Both the position numbers and the translations under genes were made by a program. From Candidatus Zixiibacteriota bacterium (GTDB lineage: Bacteria > Zixibacteria > MSB-5A5 > UBA10806 > 4484-95), in contig JAOZPT010000015.1 of NCBI GenBank assembly GCA_029932605.1, positions 1 through 42,742 of the forward strand: DNA of 42,742 nucleotides, in the 5' to 3' direction. This document shows positions 1-9,661 of this stretch, in pieces (position 1 is the stretch's first letter; every line of letters starts with the position of its first letter). Under the pieces are notes generated by a model, which worked only from the letters and a program-made list of their open reading frames with translations, was not told where the DNA came from and did no database searches.

Positions 1-165
1 ATAACCGTAAATCTGAAAACCCTAACAATTTTACACAATTTGCTTGACATCCTCTTCGATTTGAATACCAGTTAATAATATTGACTTTTATTGGTAGCAT
101 AAGTAATTTTACAGGGTTGGTTTTGATGTATATATATGTGCCGAATATGAATATTTAGAAAAGAT

Positions 166-1899
166 ATGAGCAAAAGAGACCCAAAAGCGGAGAACAACCA
201 GATTACTGTGAGCAAATCAGTAGAGGATTTCAGCAATTTCTCGCATCAGGTATTAAGCTATGTAAACCGTGCTGTCCCAAATATTGACTACCTTCGCGAA
301 ATCTCAAAAATGTTGATGGATTTCTCCCGGAGCGATTCAGTTGAATTGTGGCTAAAAAAGGATGATAAATTAGCACACTGTAAAATTACTCGACAGGCTG
401 AACATTCCTTTCACTATGAGGAAATAGTTCCTTCAGAATATAAAAGGGAAGAGATAGTTACTAATCGAAAAGGATATTCAATAATCGATCGTTTACGGAC
501 AGACATACTTCAGGGGAAATTTGATCCATCTTTACCTTTATTTACATCCAATGGCAGTTTCTGGACAGGTAACATAGAAGAATCTTTGACATCTATACCA
601 GGGTTTGAAAGACGGGGATATCATCATGATCCCAGTGCACTTGAAGATTATAAATCGCTTGCCTTGATACCGCTTGTTCTTGCTGATGAGAACATAGGTC
701 TTATGCAAATGATGAGCAAGCAGCGCGATCACTTCATTGAGAAGGAAATTGAGCTTTATGAGAGTGTTGCTCAAACCCTGGGGATCGCATTGGTGAGTCA
801 GCGTACACAAGCGGCCTTGCTCGAACGGATCAAGGAGCTGACATGCCTATACAACATAGCCCGCCTGGCAGGGCAGGAGGAGATGTCAAATAGTGAAATT
901 TTACAGGCAATTGTATATCTTATTCCGCCAGCCTGGCAATACCCGGAGATAACAGTTGGCAGGATAACCATAGATGGACATTCATACACAACCTCTAGTT
1001 TTCATCAGGGATGGCAAAAGCAGGTAGCAGATATTGTTATTAAGGGTAAACGACGTGGCACTGTTGAGGTAAGCTATACGAAACTCAAACCTGTTCTTGA
1101 TGAAGGGCCATTTCTCAAAGAGGAAAGAAATCTACTTGAGGTTATAGCAAAGCAGGTAGCTCTTATTTTGGAGCGGAGAGAGGCCAAGGAGGACAGTATT
1201 AAACTTCAGGAACAGCTCAGGCATGCAGACCGTTTGGCAACTATTGGACAGCTTGCAGCAGGTATTGCACATGAACTTAATGAACCGCTTGGCAGTATTC
1301 TTGGATTCGCTCAGCTTATAAAGAAGTCTCCAGAGCTTCCTGATCAGATCGGACAGGATATCGAAAAAATTGTGAACGCTTCTCTTCACGCACGTGAAGT
1401 TATAAGGATGCTTATGATATTTGCTCGACAAATACCGCCTAAGACTACTCGTGTTCAGCTTAACCAACTGGTAAACGAGGGATTGTACTTCTTTGAGGCT
1501 CGCTGTGCAAGTGCTGGAATTGAATTGGTCCGTTCGCTTTCACCCGATGTTCCAGAAATTGCTGGTGACCAATCTCAACTGAACCAGGTTTTAATAAATC
1601 TTGTGGTCAATTCCATTCAGGCTATGCCGAATGGAGGAAAACTAACAATACAAACCTTCACAAGCAAAGATTATGTTTCTCTTGTAGTGGAGGATACGGG
1701 GATTGGTATGAGCGAGGATATAGTGGAAAAAATATTCATTCCATTTTTTACGACTAAAGATGTAGATAAGGGCACAGGTTTGGGTTTGGCAGTGGTTCAT
1801 GGAATTGTAACTTCGCATAAGGGAAACATAAAAGTTAAAAGCAAGGTTGGCCAGGGTACGCGCTTTGAGATTCAATTACCCATAGTTTATTCTAAATAA
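166..1899 (+). CDS. Soluble sensor histidine kinase (GAF-like domains, HisKA, HATPase; NtrB-like)
   Basis: H-box [14 protein letters not shown]-box [28 protein letters not shown] and GTGLGL motifs; no obvious TM segment; lies directly upstream of an NtrC-type regulator. Confidence 0.93.
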   Translation: MSKRDPKAENNQITVSKSVEDFSNFSHQVLSYVNRAVPNIDYLREISKMLMDFSRSDSVELWLKKDDKLAHCKITRQAEHSFHYEEIVPSEYKREEIVTNRKGYSIIDRLRTDILQGKFDPSLPLFTSNGSFWTGNIEESLTSIPGFERRGYHHDPSALEDYKSLALIPLVLADENIGLMQMMSKQRDHFIEKEIELYESVAQTLGIALVSQRTQAALLERIKELTCLYNIARLAGQEEMSNSEILQAIVYLIPPAWQYPEITVGRITIDGHSYTTSSFHQGWQKQVADIVIKGKRRGTVEVSYTKLKPVLDEGPFLKEERNLLEVIAKQVALILERREAKEDSIKLQEQLRHADRLATIGQLAAGIAHELNEPLGSILGFAQLIKKSPELPDQIGQDIEKIVNASLHAREVIRMLMIFARQIPPKTTRVQLNQLVNEGLYFFEARCASAGIELVRSLSPDVPEIAGDQSQLNQVLINLVVNSIQAMPNGGKLTIQTFTSKDYVSLVVEDTGIGMSEDIVEKIFIPFFTTKDVDKGTGLGLAVVHGIVTSHKGNIKVKSKVGQGTRFEIQLPIVYSK

Positions 1900-1918
1900 A
1901 AGACAGGAGCTTTTTTCT

Positions 1919-3280
1919 ATGGTTCAACAATCTGACAAGAAACGGATTTTAGTTGTGGATGACGCTCCAACAACACTGGAAATCCTTCGAAGAAACCTGA
2001 CATCACAGGGATATCTGGTTTTCACTGCACCTGGTGTGGAAGAGGCGATTAAGATATTAGATTCTACCCCGATAGACCTTGTCGTAACAGACCTAAAAAT
2101 GCCCAAAATTAGTGGGCTTGATTTAATCAGGCATATTCGGGAGAATTTCAAAGATACTGAAGTAATGATGATAACCGGTTATGCTACTGTTGAGGGAGCA
2201 GTTAAAGCGGTTAAAATAGGCGCTGAGGAGTATCTTCCTAAACCTTTTACAGATGAAGAGCTTTTTTCTGCGGTTAAACGTGCACTTGATAAGCTTAAAG
2301 CCCGTAAGACAGGAAATGGTCGGGTGCTCCCCAAGTCAGAAAGTTTCTATGGCCTTTTAGGTCAATCAGGGGCTATGCGCAAGGTATATGATGCTATTGC
2401 CAAAGTCGCGCCTTCTAATGCAAATGTGCTTATTACCGGTGAAAGCGGTACCGGTAAAGAGCTTGTAGCTCGAGCTATTCATTACAGCAGTAAGCGTTCA
2501 TCAGCGCCGTTTGTACCTGTAAATTGTGGAGGTATTCCTGAGGGTTTATTGGAAAGCGAGCTATTCGGATATGTTAAAGGTGCGTTTACCGGAGCTGTAG
2601 AAACACGGGCAGGTTTTTTCCAGACTGCTGATGGGGGAACAATTTTCCTCGATGAGATTAGTGAAACCAGTTTGGCCATGCAGGTAAAACTTCTCAGGGT
2701 ACTCCAGGATAAAGAGGTATGTATGGTTGGAGCCAACCGATCTCGCCCTGTGGAAGTGAGAATATTGGCAGCAACAAACAAGGATTTGCTTAGCTTGGTC
2801 AAAAAAGGGACTTTCAGAGAGGACCTATATTTCCGTTTAAATGTCATTACAATTGCTGTTCCTCCTTTGAGGGAGAGAAATAGTGACATTCTTTTATTGG
2901 TTAATCACTTCGCAAAAAAGTTTGCCAAGGAATCTGATAAACCAGCCCTCAGGTTTTCGGACAAAGCCTTAGAGGCTTTAAAAAATTACAACTGGCCGGG
3001 AAATGTCAGAGAACTTGAGAATATCATCCAGCGCATCGTGGTCATGAGCGAGGGTGAATTGATAGATGTCCCAGATATGCCGTCACTCTTGCGGTTCTCG
3101 GTAATGAAGGAAACAGGTTTCAAACGAACCTTAGCCGAAGTGGAAACTGAGCATATAAGCAATGTTCTGGCAAGCGTGGGCGGTAATAAAACACGGGCGG
3201 CTGAAATTCTTGGAATTGACCGAAAGACTTTAAGAGAAAAACTTAAGCACCAGAAACCCAACATGGGAGAACTTTTATAG
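1919..3280 (+). CDS. Sigma-54-dependent response regulator (NtrC/AtoC family)
   Basis: REC (VVDD...DLKMP...KPF), Walker A GESGTGKE, GAFTGA, Walker B FLDEI, WPGNVREL, C-terminal Fis HTH. Confidence 0.96.
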   Translation: MVQQSDKKRILVVDDAPTTLEILRRNLTSQGYLVFTAPGVEEAIKILDSTPIDLVVTDLKMPKISGLDLIRHIRENFKDTEVMMITGYATVEGAVKAVKIGAEEYLPKPFTDEELFSAVKRALDKLKARKTGNGRVLPKSESFYGLLGQSGAMRKVYDAIAKVAPSNANVLITGESGTGKELVARAIHYSSKRSSAPFVPVNCGGIPEGLLESELFGYVKGAFTGAVETRAGFFQTADGGTIFLDEISETSLAMQVKLLRVLQDKEVCMVGANRSRPVEVRILAATNKDLLSLVKKGTFREDLYFRLNVITIAVPPLRERNSDILLLVNHFAKKFAKESDKPALRFSDKALEALKNYNWPGNVRELENIIQRIVVMSEGELIDVPDMPSLLRFSVMKETGFKRTLAEVETEHISNVLASVGGNKTRAAEILGIDRKTLREKLKHQKPNMGELL

Positions 3281-3315
3281 CGGGGAAATATTCCTCAGTG
3301 GTTCAAAATTCCCCA
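3281..3315. promoter_or_regulatory. Candidate upstream activating sequences (tandem imperfect palindromes) for the adjacent sigma-54 activator
   Basis: CGGGGAAATATTCCTCA (3281-3297) and TGGTTCAAAATTCCCCA (3299-3315), 18 bp apart, about 190-210 bp upstream of a -24/-12 promoter. Confidence 0.55.
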
Positions 3316-3406
3316 TAAAAAATCTTGATTTATCTATTGGTTGTTTTGAAAAATTAAGAATTGATGGAATTACCTATTATATCATTTTATTTATTTACTT
3401 ATTAAT

Positions 3407-3419
3407 TATCAATAAGTTA
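3407..3419 (+). promoter_or_regulatory. IHF-binding site
   Basis: TATCAATAAGTTA matches WATCAANNNNTTR exactly, has an AT-rich upstream tract, and lies between the UAS and the sigma-54 promoter. Confidence 0.65.
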
Positions 3420-3488
3420 ACAGGCTACACCTTATTTTTTTAATAATCCAAGGATAAGAATAATATTCTGGTGTCTGTAAAAGTTGTC

Positions 3489-3504
3489 TGGCATAACATT
3501 TGCA
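3489..3504 (+). promoter_or_regulatory. Sigma-54 (RpoN) -24/-12 promoter
   Basis: TGGCATAACATTTGCA = GG-N10-GC, close to consensus TGGCAC-N5-TTGCW. Confidence 0.85.
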
Positions 3505-3543
3505 CTAATGATGGAATGGGTACAACATTGAAAGAGATACCTG

Positions 3544-3909
3544 GTGAGAAAACCTGGTAAAAGAAGGTTTAGAGTAGTGCCAATTAAAAATAATCGAAAG
3601 AAATTGAAAGCCAAAGTTCAAAAACCAGTTCAGAAACCCATTAAATATTCAGGTCTATGTTCTACCTGTATTTATGCCTCGGAGTGCCTCATTGCCAGAA
3701 GGTCAACCGAACCGATTCTTTTCTGCGAGATGTTCGATGATTCTGTTGAGCTCCCTCAGACAGAGAAACCGGAACCTCAGACGGAACTCACACCTGTAAA
3801 AGAAGATACCGGTAAATTTAAAGGGTTGTGTGTTAATTGTGCAGACCGTTATATCTGCAAATTTCCAAAACCTGAAGGTGGAGTCTGGCATTGCGAGGAA
3901 TACCGGTAG
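3544..3909 (+). CDS. Small protein with two copies of a 4-Cys motif (putative metal/Fe-S binding); start codon uncertain
   Basis: YSGLCSTC-x5-C-x12-CEMF and FKGLCVNC-x5-C-x11-CEEY; basic N-terminus; first gene after the sigma-54 promoter. Confidence 0.75.
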   Translation: MRKPGKRRFRVVPIKNNRKKLKAKVQKPVQKPIKYSGLCSTCIYASECLIARRSTEPILFCEMFDDSVELPQTEKPEPQTELTPVKEDTGKFKGLCVNCADRYICKFPKPEGGVWHCEEYR

Positions 3910-4032
3910 GCTATCCTGAACCATCTATGAATTACAGATCATTCACTCAAAATTTTGAAACCTTAATATTACTCGAATTGGTTCAGGTATGTCCTTTCTT
4001 AAACACGGCGTACGAGATTCAAGGAGTTAGTT

Positions 4033-5358
4033 ATGGCAAGCAAGGAAGTTTCTACGGGATACATAAAGAAAAAGGTAAGCGAGGATAAGTTGATGGTGCA
4101 GGAAAGGCCTAATCTTTATGATAATGTTAACAAGCAGTTTACTAAAGCGGCTGATTTGATGGGGCTTGATGCCAACGTTCGTAAGATTCTCCAGACCACA
4201 AGTAATGAAATTACAATTCATTTCCCTGTGAAGATGGATGATGGTCAAATTGAGATGTTTACCGGATATAGAATACAGCATAACGATGTCCTGGGTCCCT
4301 ATAAGGGTGGATTACGCTATCATCCATCGGTTGACATTGACGAAGTAAAAGCACTTGCCACCTGGATGACCTGGAAGGGTGCAATCGTAGATATTCCATT
4401 TGGCGGTGCAAAGGGAGGGATTGCATTTGATCCATCCAAATATACAAACAATGAATTGGAGCGGATCACCCGCCGATTTACCTTTGCCCTGGGTAATAAT
4501 ATCGGCCCTGAATATGATATCCCCGCCCCTGATATAAACACCAATGCCCAGATAATGGCCTGGCTTCTTGATACATACCTGTCAACTATACCACCCCATG
4601 TGCGACAGAGCTGTACACATGTCGTTACAGGAAAACCTATTGAGTCAGGAGGAAGCATCGGGCGTGAGAAGGCGACAGGACAGGGTGTTGTATTCACAAT
4701 CGAGGAGTGGGCCAAAGATAATAACTTTAACCTTAGTGATGCAACATATATAGTCCAGGGGTTTGGAAATGTTGGTTCCTGGGTTAGCCGAATATTGAAC
4801 AGTCATGGCTCGAAGCTACTGGCGGTTGAAGATGTTACGGGAGCGATTTTGAATTATGAGGGTATCGATCCTGATGATCTTGCCAGTTATGTTAATGAAC
4901 ATAGAGGCGTAAAAGATTACCCAAAAGCTAAACCAATAAACCATGAAACATTTTTCCAAACCACAGCCGATATCTTTATCCCAGCCGCTATGGAGAACCA
5001 GATCACGGCGGAAACCGCACCCTGGTTGAATGTTAAGCTGGTGGCCGAGGGTGCTAATGGCCCTACTGACATCGACGGGGATAAGGTATTAGAAGAAAGA
5101 AGAATCGATTTGATTCCTGATATCCTTTGCAACTCCGGCGGTGTGATAGTCAGCTACTTTGAATGGCTACAGAACAAGCGAAGTGAATTCTGGGAACTCG
5201 AAGAGGTTGATACTAAATTACGCAAAAAGATAATCAATGCCTATGCTAAAGTTCGTAAGACCGCTAATGAATATGATATCGACTGGCGAACTGCGGCTTA
5301 TATAGTGGCTCTATCTCGTTTAGAGAAGGTTTATAAAGAGCGGGGTATTTTCCCATAA
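4033..5358 (+). CDS. gdhA: Glu/Leu/Phe/Val-family NAD(P)-dependent glutamate dehydrogenase
   Basis: GPYKGGLRYHP, PFGGAKGG, DIPAPD, VTGKP, QGFGNVG, EGANGP, NSGGVIVSYFEW; AAGGAG RBS. Confidence 0.95.
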   Translation: MASKEVSTGYIKKKVSEDKLMVQERPNLYDNVNKQFTKAADLMGLDANVRKILQTTSNEITIHFPVKMDDGQIEMFTGYRIQHNDVLGPYKGGLRYHPSVDIDEVKALATWMTWKGAIVDIPFGGAKGGIAFDPSKYTNNELERITRRFTFALGNNIGPEYDIPAPDINTNAQIMAWLLDTYLSTIPPHVRQSCTHVVTGKPIESGGSIGREKATGQGVVFTIEEWAKDNNFNLSDATYIVQGFGNVGSWVSRILNSHGSKLLAVEDVTGAILNYEGIDPDDLASYVNEHRGVKDYPKAKPINHETFFQTTADIFIPAAMENQITAETAPWLNVKLVAEGANGPTDIDGDKVLEERRIDLIPDILCNSGGVIVSYFEWLQNKRSEFWELEEVDTKLRKKIINAYAKVRKTANEYDIDWRTAAYIVALSRLEKVYKERGIFP

Positions 5359-5489
5359 TGGAGGGATTATATAAATCAATTACTTATAATGTAAAAAAAG
5401 AGATGTGTTTCAATTTTCATCCAAACTCTGATTTTAAAGAAGAAAAACTCATGTAATTTGAGGGATAATTTTAAGTTGAGGGAAATAAA

Positions 5490-6434
5490 ATGTCTGATGA
5501 AATAGAATACACAGGTATTTGTAAGACCTGCAGTCATGCCCCAACCTGCGCTTATCGAAAAAGGAGCGATAAACCAATATGGTACTGTGAGGAGTTCGAC
5601 AATTATATCCCTGCCCCCAAAAAATCTACAAGTAGTGGGCTTATTTCAATACTTGAAGATATACAGGCTAGATATGGGTATCTTCCGGAAGGTTCTTTGA
5701 GGGTAGTGGCTGAGAAAACCAATCGATCTTTAGTTGATATTTATGGGGTAGCGACATTTTACAGGGCATTCAGTCTGAAGCCAAGGGGGAAACACCTCAT
5801 ATCGGTTTGTCTGGGAACTGCCTGCCATGTTCGTGGTGCTCCTGCGATCGCTGAAGAATTCCAGCAACAGTTGGGAATTAGAGCAGGTGAAACTACTTCA
5901 GATAAGGAATTTACTCTGGAAACTGTAAACTGTCTTGGAGCATGCGCGCTGGGACCTATTGTGGTTGCGGACGGACATTATTTTTCAAGCGTTAAGGCAT
6001 CAATGGTCAATTCAATAATTGAAAAGACTCTTGCAGGTCTTGATAAGGTAGAGATTAAGACCGACCAGCGCGTGTTTCCAGTGGAAGTTAGTTGTTCCCG
6101 TTGCAACCATAGCCTGATGGATACAAGACATCTCATAGATGGTTACCCCTCTATCAGAGTAACCGTTTCATTCAACCATAAACATGGCTGGCTGGCATTA
6201 TCGAGCCTTTATGGAAGTGATAATGTGGACTCAGAGTATCCGATTCCCTTAGATACTATTGTTAATTTTTTCTGTCCTCATTGTCATACAGAGCTTATTG
6301 GATCATCTGATTGTGCTGAATGTGGAGCGCCGATGATACCAATGATTGTTCGCGGAGGGGGCGTGGTGCAAATATGTTCCCGCCGGGGTTGCAAAGGCCA
6401 TATGCTGGATTTGAGCGGAACCATTATTGACTGA
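5490..6434 (+). CDS. NuoE/HydC-like [2Fe-2S] subunit with an N-terminal 4-Cys mini-domain and a C-terminal Cys-rich domain
   Basis: YGVATFY, VCLGTACHVRG and VNCLGACALGP core; extra CKTC..C..C at the N-terminus; CSRC/CPHC/CAEC/CSRRGC at the C-terminus. Confidence 0.9.
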   Translation: MSDEIEYTGICKTCSHAPTCAYRKRSDKPIWYCEEFDNYIPAPKKSTSSGLISILEDIQARYGYLPEGSLRVVAEKTNRSLVDIYGVATFYRAFSLKPRGKHLISVCLGTACHVRGAPAIAEEFQQQLGIRAGETTSDKEFTLETVNCLGACALGPIVVADGHYFSSVKASMVNSIIEKTLAGLDKVEIKTDQRVFPVEVSCSRCNHSLMDTRHLIDGYPSIRVTVSFNHKHGWLALSSLYGSDNVDSEYPIPLDTIVNFFCPHCHTELIGSSDCAECGAPMIPMIVRGGGVVQICSRRGCKGHMLDLSGTIID

Positions 6435-6469
6435 TGGGTTTACATGCTATTACAAGGAGAAATTGACTT

Positions 6470-9400
6470 ATGAAAAAGCTTTCATCTATCAGTGAACTTA
6501 CAGACTTTCGCCATCGAATATTGAGTGAAAAAAAGTTCGAACATGAGAAACTAACCTTGGTAGTGAGTGCCGGAACATGCGGTCAGGCAAGTGGTGCCAA
6601 TGATATCATCAGGGTAATTAAACGATGCATTCTTGAACGGTCATTGCAAGAAAATATTGAAATTAGAGTAACTGGTTGCCATGGCTTCTGCGATACGGAG
6701 CCTTCTATTCTAGTTGAACCTGGCTTGCATCTATATCCTAAACTAAGCATAGAAGATGTGCCTCGGGTTATTGAGGCTGCCTTAACCGGTGATATAGATG
6801 AAGAATTGATTTACAGAGAGCCCCAAGGTCAAAAAAGGTATTATTGTCAGAGTGACATACCATTTTTTAGAAAGCAAACTCGCACCATTATTGCTAGCAA
6901 TCAAAAGTTGGATCCAATAAGAATCCATAATTATATCGAGCAAGGCGGATACGCCGCTTTGGAAAAAGTATTGCTAAAGAGTGATCCGGAATGGATTATC
7001 CGCGAAGTTCAAGAGTCCGGATTAAGGGGACGTGGCGGCGCTGGATTTCCAACCGGGAAGAAGTGGGAATTAGCCCGGGCTTCAAATAACGGAAAAGGGC
7101 AGAAATATATTGTGTGTAATTGCGATGAGGGTGACCCGGGCGCTTATATGGATCGCAGTCTATTGGAGGGAAACCCGCATTCCATCATTGAGGGAATGAT
7201 GATTGCGGGCATAGCAATTGGCGCTACCAAGGCATTCATTTATGTCCGTGGCGAATACCCGTTAGCAATCAAGCACACAATTATAGCTCTTAGACAGGCA
7301 ACAGATTTAGGCCTTTTAGGGGAAAATATCCTGAATACGGGCATTGATTTTGACATAGAGATTGTTCGCGGTGCGGGAGCTTTCGTCTGTGGTGAGGAAA
7401 CGGCTTTAATTAAATCTATTGAGGGTTACATGGGGGAACCCAGACAGCGACCTCCCTATCCAGTAGAAAAAGGGATTCGGGGTTGTCCAACCTGTATCAA
7501 CAACGTAGAGACGTTAGCGAATATACCCGTAATCATTTCAGGTGGGGCTAAAGAGTATGCCAAAGTGGGAATTCCTGGAAATACCGGTACGAAGATATTC
7601 TCCTTGGTTGGAAAAATAAGGAATACCGGTCTTGTCGAGGTTCCACTGGGTATTAAAATCAGTGAGGTCGTGTATGATATTGGCGGTGGCCCCTTAGGTA
7701 AAGCTAAGATCAAAGCGGTTCAGACAGGCGGACCATCAGGTGGATGTATTCCCGCAAGCATGTTCGATCTGCCCATCAGTTACGATAGCCTGGCAGAGGC
7801 TGGCTCGATAATGGGATCCGGCGGTATGATCGTCATGGATGATAACACTTGTATGGTCGATGTCGCCAAATATTTCATGAACTTCCTGAAGGGTGAATCA
7901 TGTGGTAAGTGCTTTACATGTAGAAAAGGTACTCAGCGCATGTACGAAATTCTCGATGATATCACGAAAGGCAAAGCCAGACTTGAGGATCTCGACCTTC
8001 TTGAGGAACTGGCACTTGTAGTGAAAGATACTACCATGTGCGGTCTCGGGCAGACCGCTTCAAATCCAGTTCTAAGCACTTTGCGATATTTCCGCCACGA
8101 ATTCAAGCGACACATTGTTGACAAGAGGTGTGATGCTTTTGTCTGTAAAGAACTCGTTGGTGCACCCTGCCAATCAGCCTGTCCGTTGGGTACTGAGGCC
8201 TGGCGTTATGTGGCTCATATAGCCCGCGGTGAATACAAAGAAGCTTACCGCGTAATTCGCGAACCGAATCCTTTCCCATCTATATGTGCCCGGGTCTGTG
8301 ACCATCCGTGCGAATCCAAGTGCCGAGCTGGTACCACCGGTGGAGAGCCGGTGGCGATACGGTCGCTTAAGCGATTTATCACGGATCGTTTTGATCCCTC
8401 TACTTATACACCAAAACGAACTGAATGGTCAGATGGCGAACCTCCTTCTGTGGCTATTATCGGTTCAGGACCCGCCGGCCTTACGGCGGCACATCACCTA
8501 TCATTGAAAGGCTGTAAGGTGACTGTTTTTGAAGCAGAGGCTGAGACTGGAGGCATGCTGACCTGCGCTATTCCGTCCTATCGTCTGCCAAGAGATATTA
8601 TAAGGAATGAAATAGATTCTCTTCTTGACGAGAACATAACGGTCAAATGCAACACCGCACTGGGTAAGGATATTACGATTAAGGGGCTTTTTAAAGATAA
8701 TTATAAAGCGGTATTGTTAGCAATGGGTGCGCATAAAAGCCGACCACTTAAACTTGAAAACGAGGATGTGGAAGGCGTTTATCCCTCAATTGAATTTCTT
8801 AAAGCTTTTAACTTGAGAGGGGAACTACATGCAAAAGGGAAAGTCGGTGTCATTGGTGGAGGCAACTCAGCGATCGATGCTGCCCGCGTGGCTATTCGCC
8901 AGAGGGATGTAGAAAGTGTGACTATCCTCTATCGCCGGACTCGCGACGAGATGCCCGCCTTTGTTGAAGAGATTGAAGCGGCTGATCAGGAAGACATCAA
9001 TATCCAGACGCTTGTTACGCCTGTTAAGATCATTGCTGAAAATGGGCATATCTCTGCCATCGAGTGTATCAAAAACGAGCTTGGCGATGTTGATTCCAGC
9101 GGACGACGCCGACCAGTCCCTATTGAAGGTACCGAGCATACTATCCAGCTTGATACTTTAATTGTTGCTATTGGTGAAGATTCAAGTACCGACTGCATAG
9201 ATCCTGTCAGTGAAAGTGAAATCGAGATAACCAAGTGGGGAACGGTGCAAGCTGATTCTAAGACATTTCTTACAAATCTACCGGGAGTGTTCGCTGCAGG
9301 CGACCTTGTTACCGGACCGAATACGGTTGTTGAAGCAATTGCTGCTGGCAAGAAAGCGGCTGTAATGATTGAACGTTTTCTAAAAAATGAAGAACTGGTT

Positions 9401-9661
9401 CGGCCAGCTGAGCCATGTATACCAAAAGTTTATATCGAACCGGTTGCGGTGGATGATGAGATGCAAAAGGCTGGTCGCGCCAGGATACCTCAGGCACCTG
9501 CAGAATGGCGTAAACGAAGTTTTGCCGAGATTGAGGTGTCATTATCTGTTGATGAAGCCACTCGTGAGGCGATGAGATGTCTCAGGTGTGATTTGGAATT
9601 TACAAAGAAGCCCGAAGTAGAGGAAAAGAAAACCCTTCCAATAGGAGAAAAAATGGCATGA
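6470..9661 (+). CDS. NuoF/HydB-like FMN/NADH subunit fused to a GltD/NfnB-like FAD/NADPH oxidoreductase
   Basis: GLRGRGGAGFPTG, NCDEGDPGAYMDR, GAFVCGEET, GGPSGGC, ESCGKCFTCRKG, then PCQSACP...ICARVCDHPCESKC, IGSGPAGL, IGGGNSA...YRR, FAAGD, RCLRC. Confidence 0.93.
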   Translation: MKKLSSISELTDFRHRILSEKKFEHEKLTLVVSAGTCGQASGANDIIRVIKRCILERSLQENIEIRVTGCHGFCDTEPSILVEPGLHLYPKLSIEDVPRVIEAALTGDIDEELIYREPQGQKRYYCQSDIPFFRKQTRTIIASNQKLDPIRIHNYIEQGGYAALEKVLLKSDPEWIIREVQESGLRGRGGAGFPTGKKWELARASNNGKGQKYIVCNCDEGDPGAYMDRSLLEGNPHSIIEGMMIAGIAIGATKAFIYVRGEYPLAIKHTIIALRQATDLGLLGENILNTGIDFDIEIVRGAGAFVCGEETALIKSIEGYMGEPRQRPPYPVEKGIRGCPTCINNVETLANIPVIISGGAKEYAKVGIPGNTGTKIFSLVGKIRNTGLVEVPLGIKISEVVYDIGGGPLGKAKIKAVQTGGPSGGCIPASMFDLPISYDSLAEAGSIMGSGGMIVMDDNTCMVDVAKYFMNFLKGESCGKCFTCRKGTQRMYEILDDITKGKARLEDLDLLEELALVVKDTTMCGLGQTASNPVLSTLRYFRHEFKRHIVDKRCDAFVCKELVGAPCQSACPLGTEAWRYVAHIARGEYKEAYRVIREPNPFPSICARVCDHPCESKCRAGTTGGEPVAIRSLKRFITDRFDPSTYTPKRTEWSDGEPPSVAIIGSGPAGLTAAHHLSLKGCKVTVFEAEAETGGMLTCAIPSYRLPRDIIRNEIDSLLDENITVKCNTALGKDITIKGLFKDNYKAVLLAMGAHKSRPLKLENEDVEGVYPSIEFLKAFNLRGELHAKGKVGVIGGGNSAIDAARVAIRQRDVESVTILYRRTRDEMPAFVEEIEAADQEDINIQTLVTPVKIIAENGHISAIECIKNELGDVDSSGRRRPVPIEGTEHTIQLDTLIVAIGEDSSTDCIDPVSESEIEITKWGTVQADSKTFLTNLPGVFAAGDLVTGPNTVVEAIAAGKKAAVMIERFLKNEELVRPAEPCIPKVYIEPVAVDDEMQKAGRARIPQAPAEWRKRSFAEIEVSLSVDEATREAMRCLRCDLEFTKKPEVEEKKTLPIGEKMA

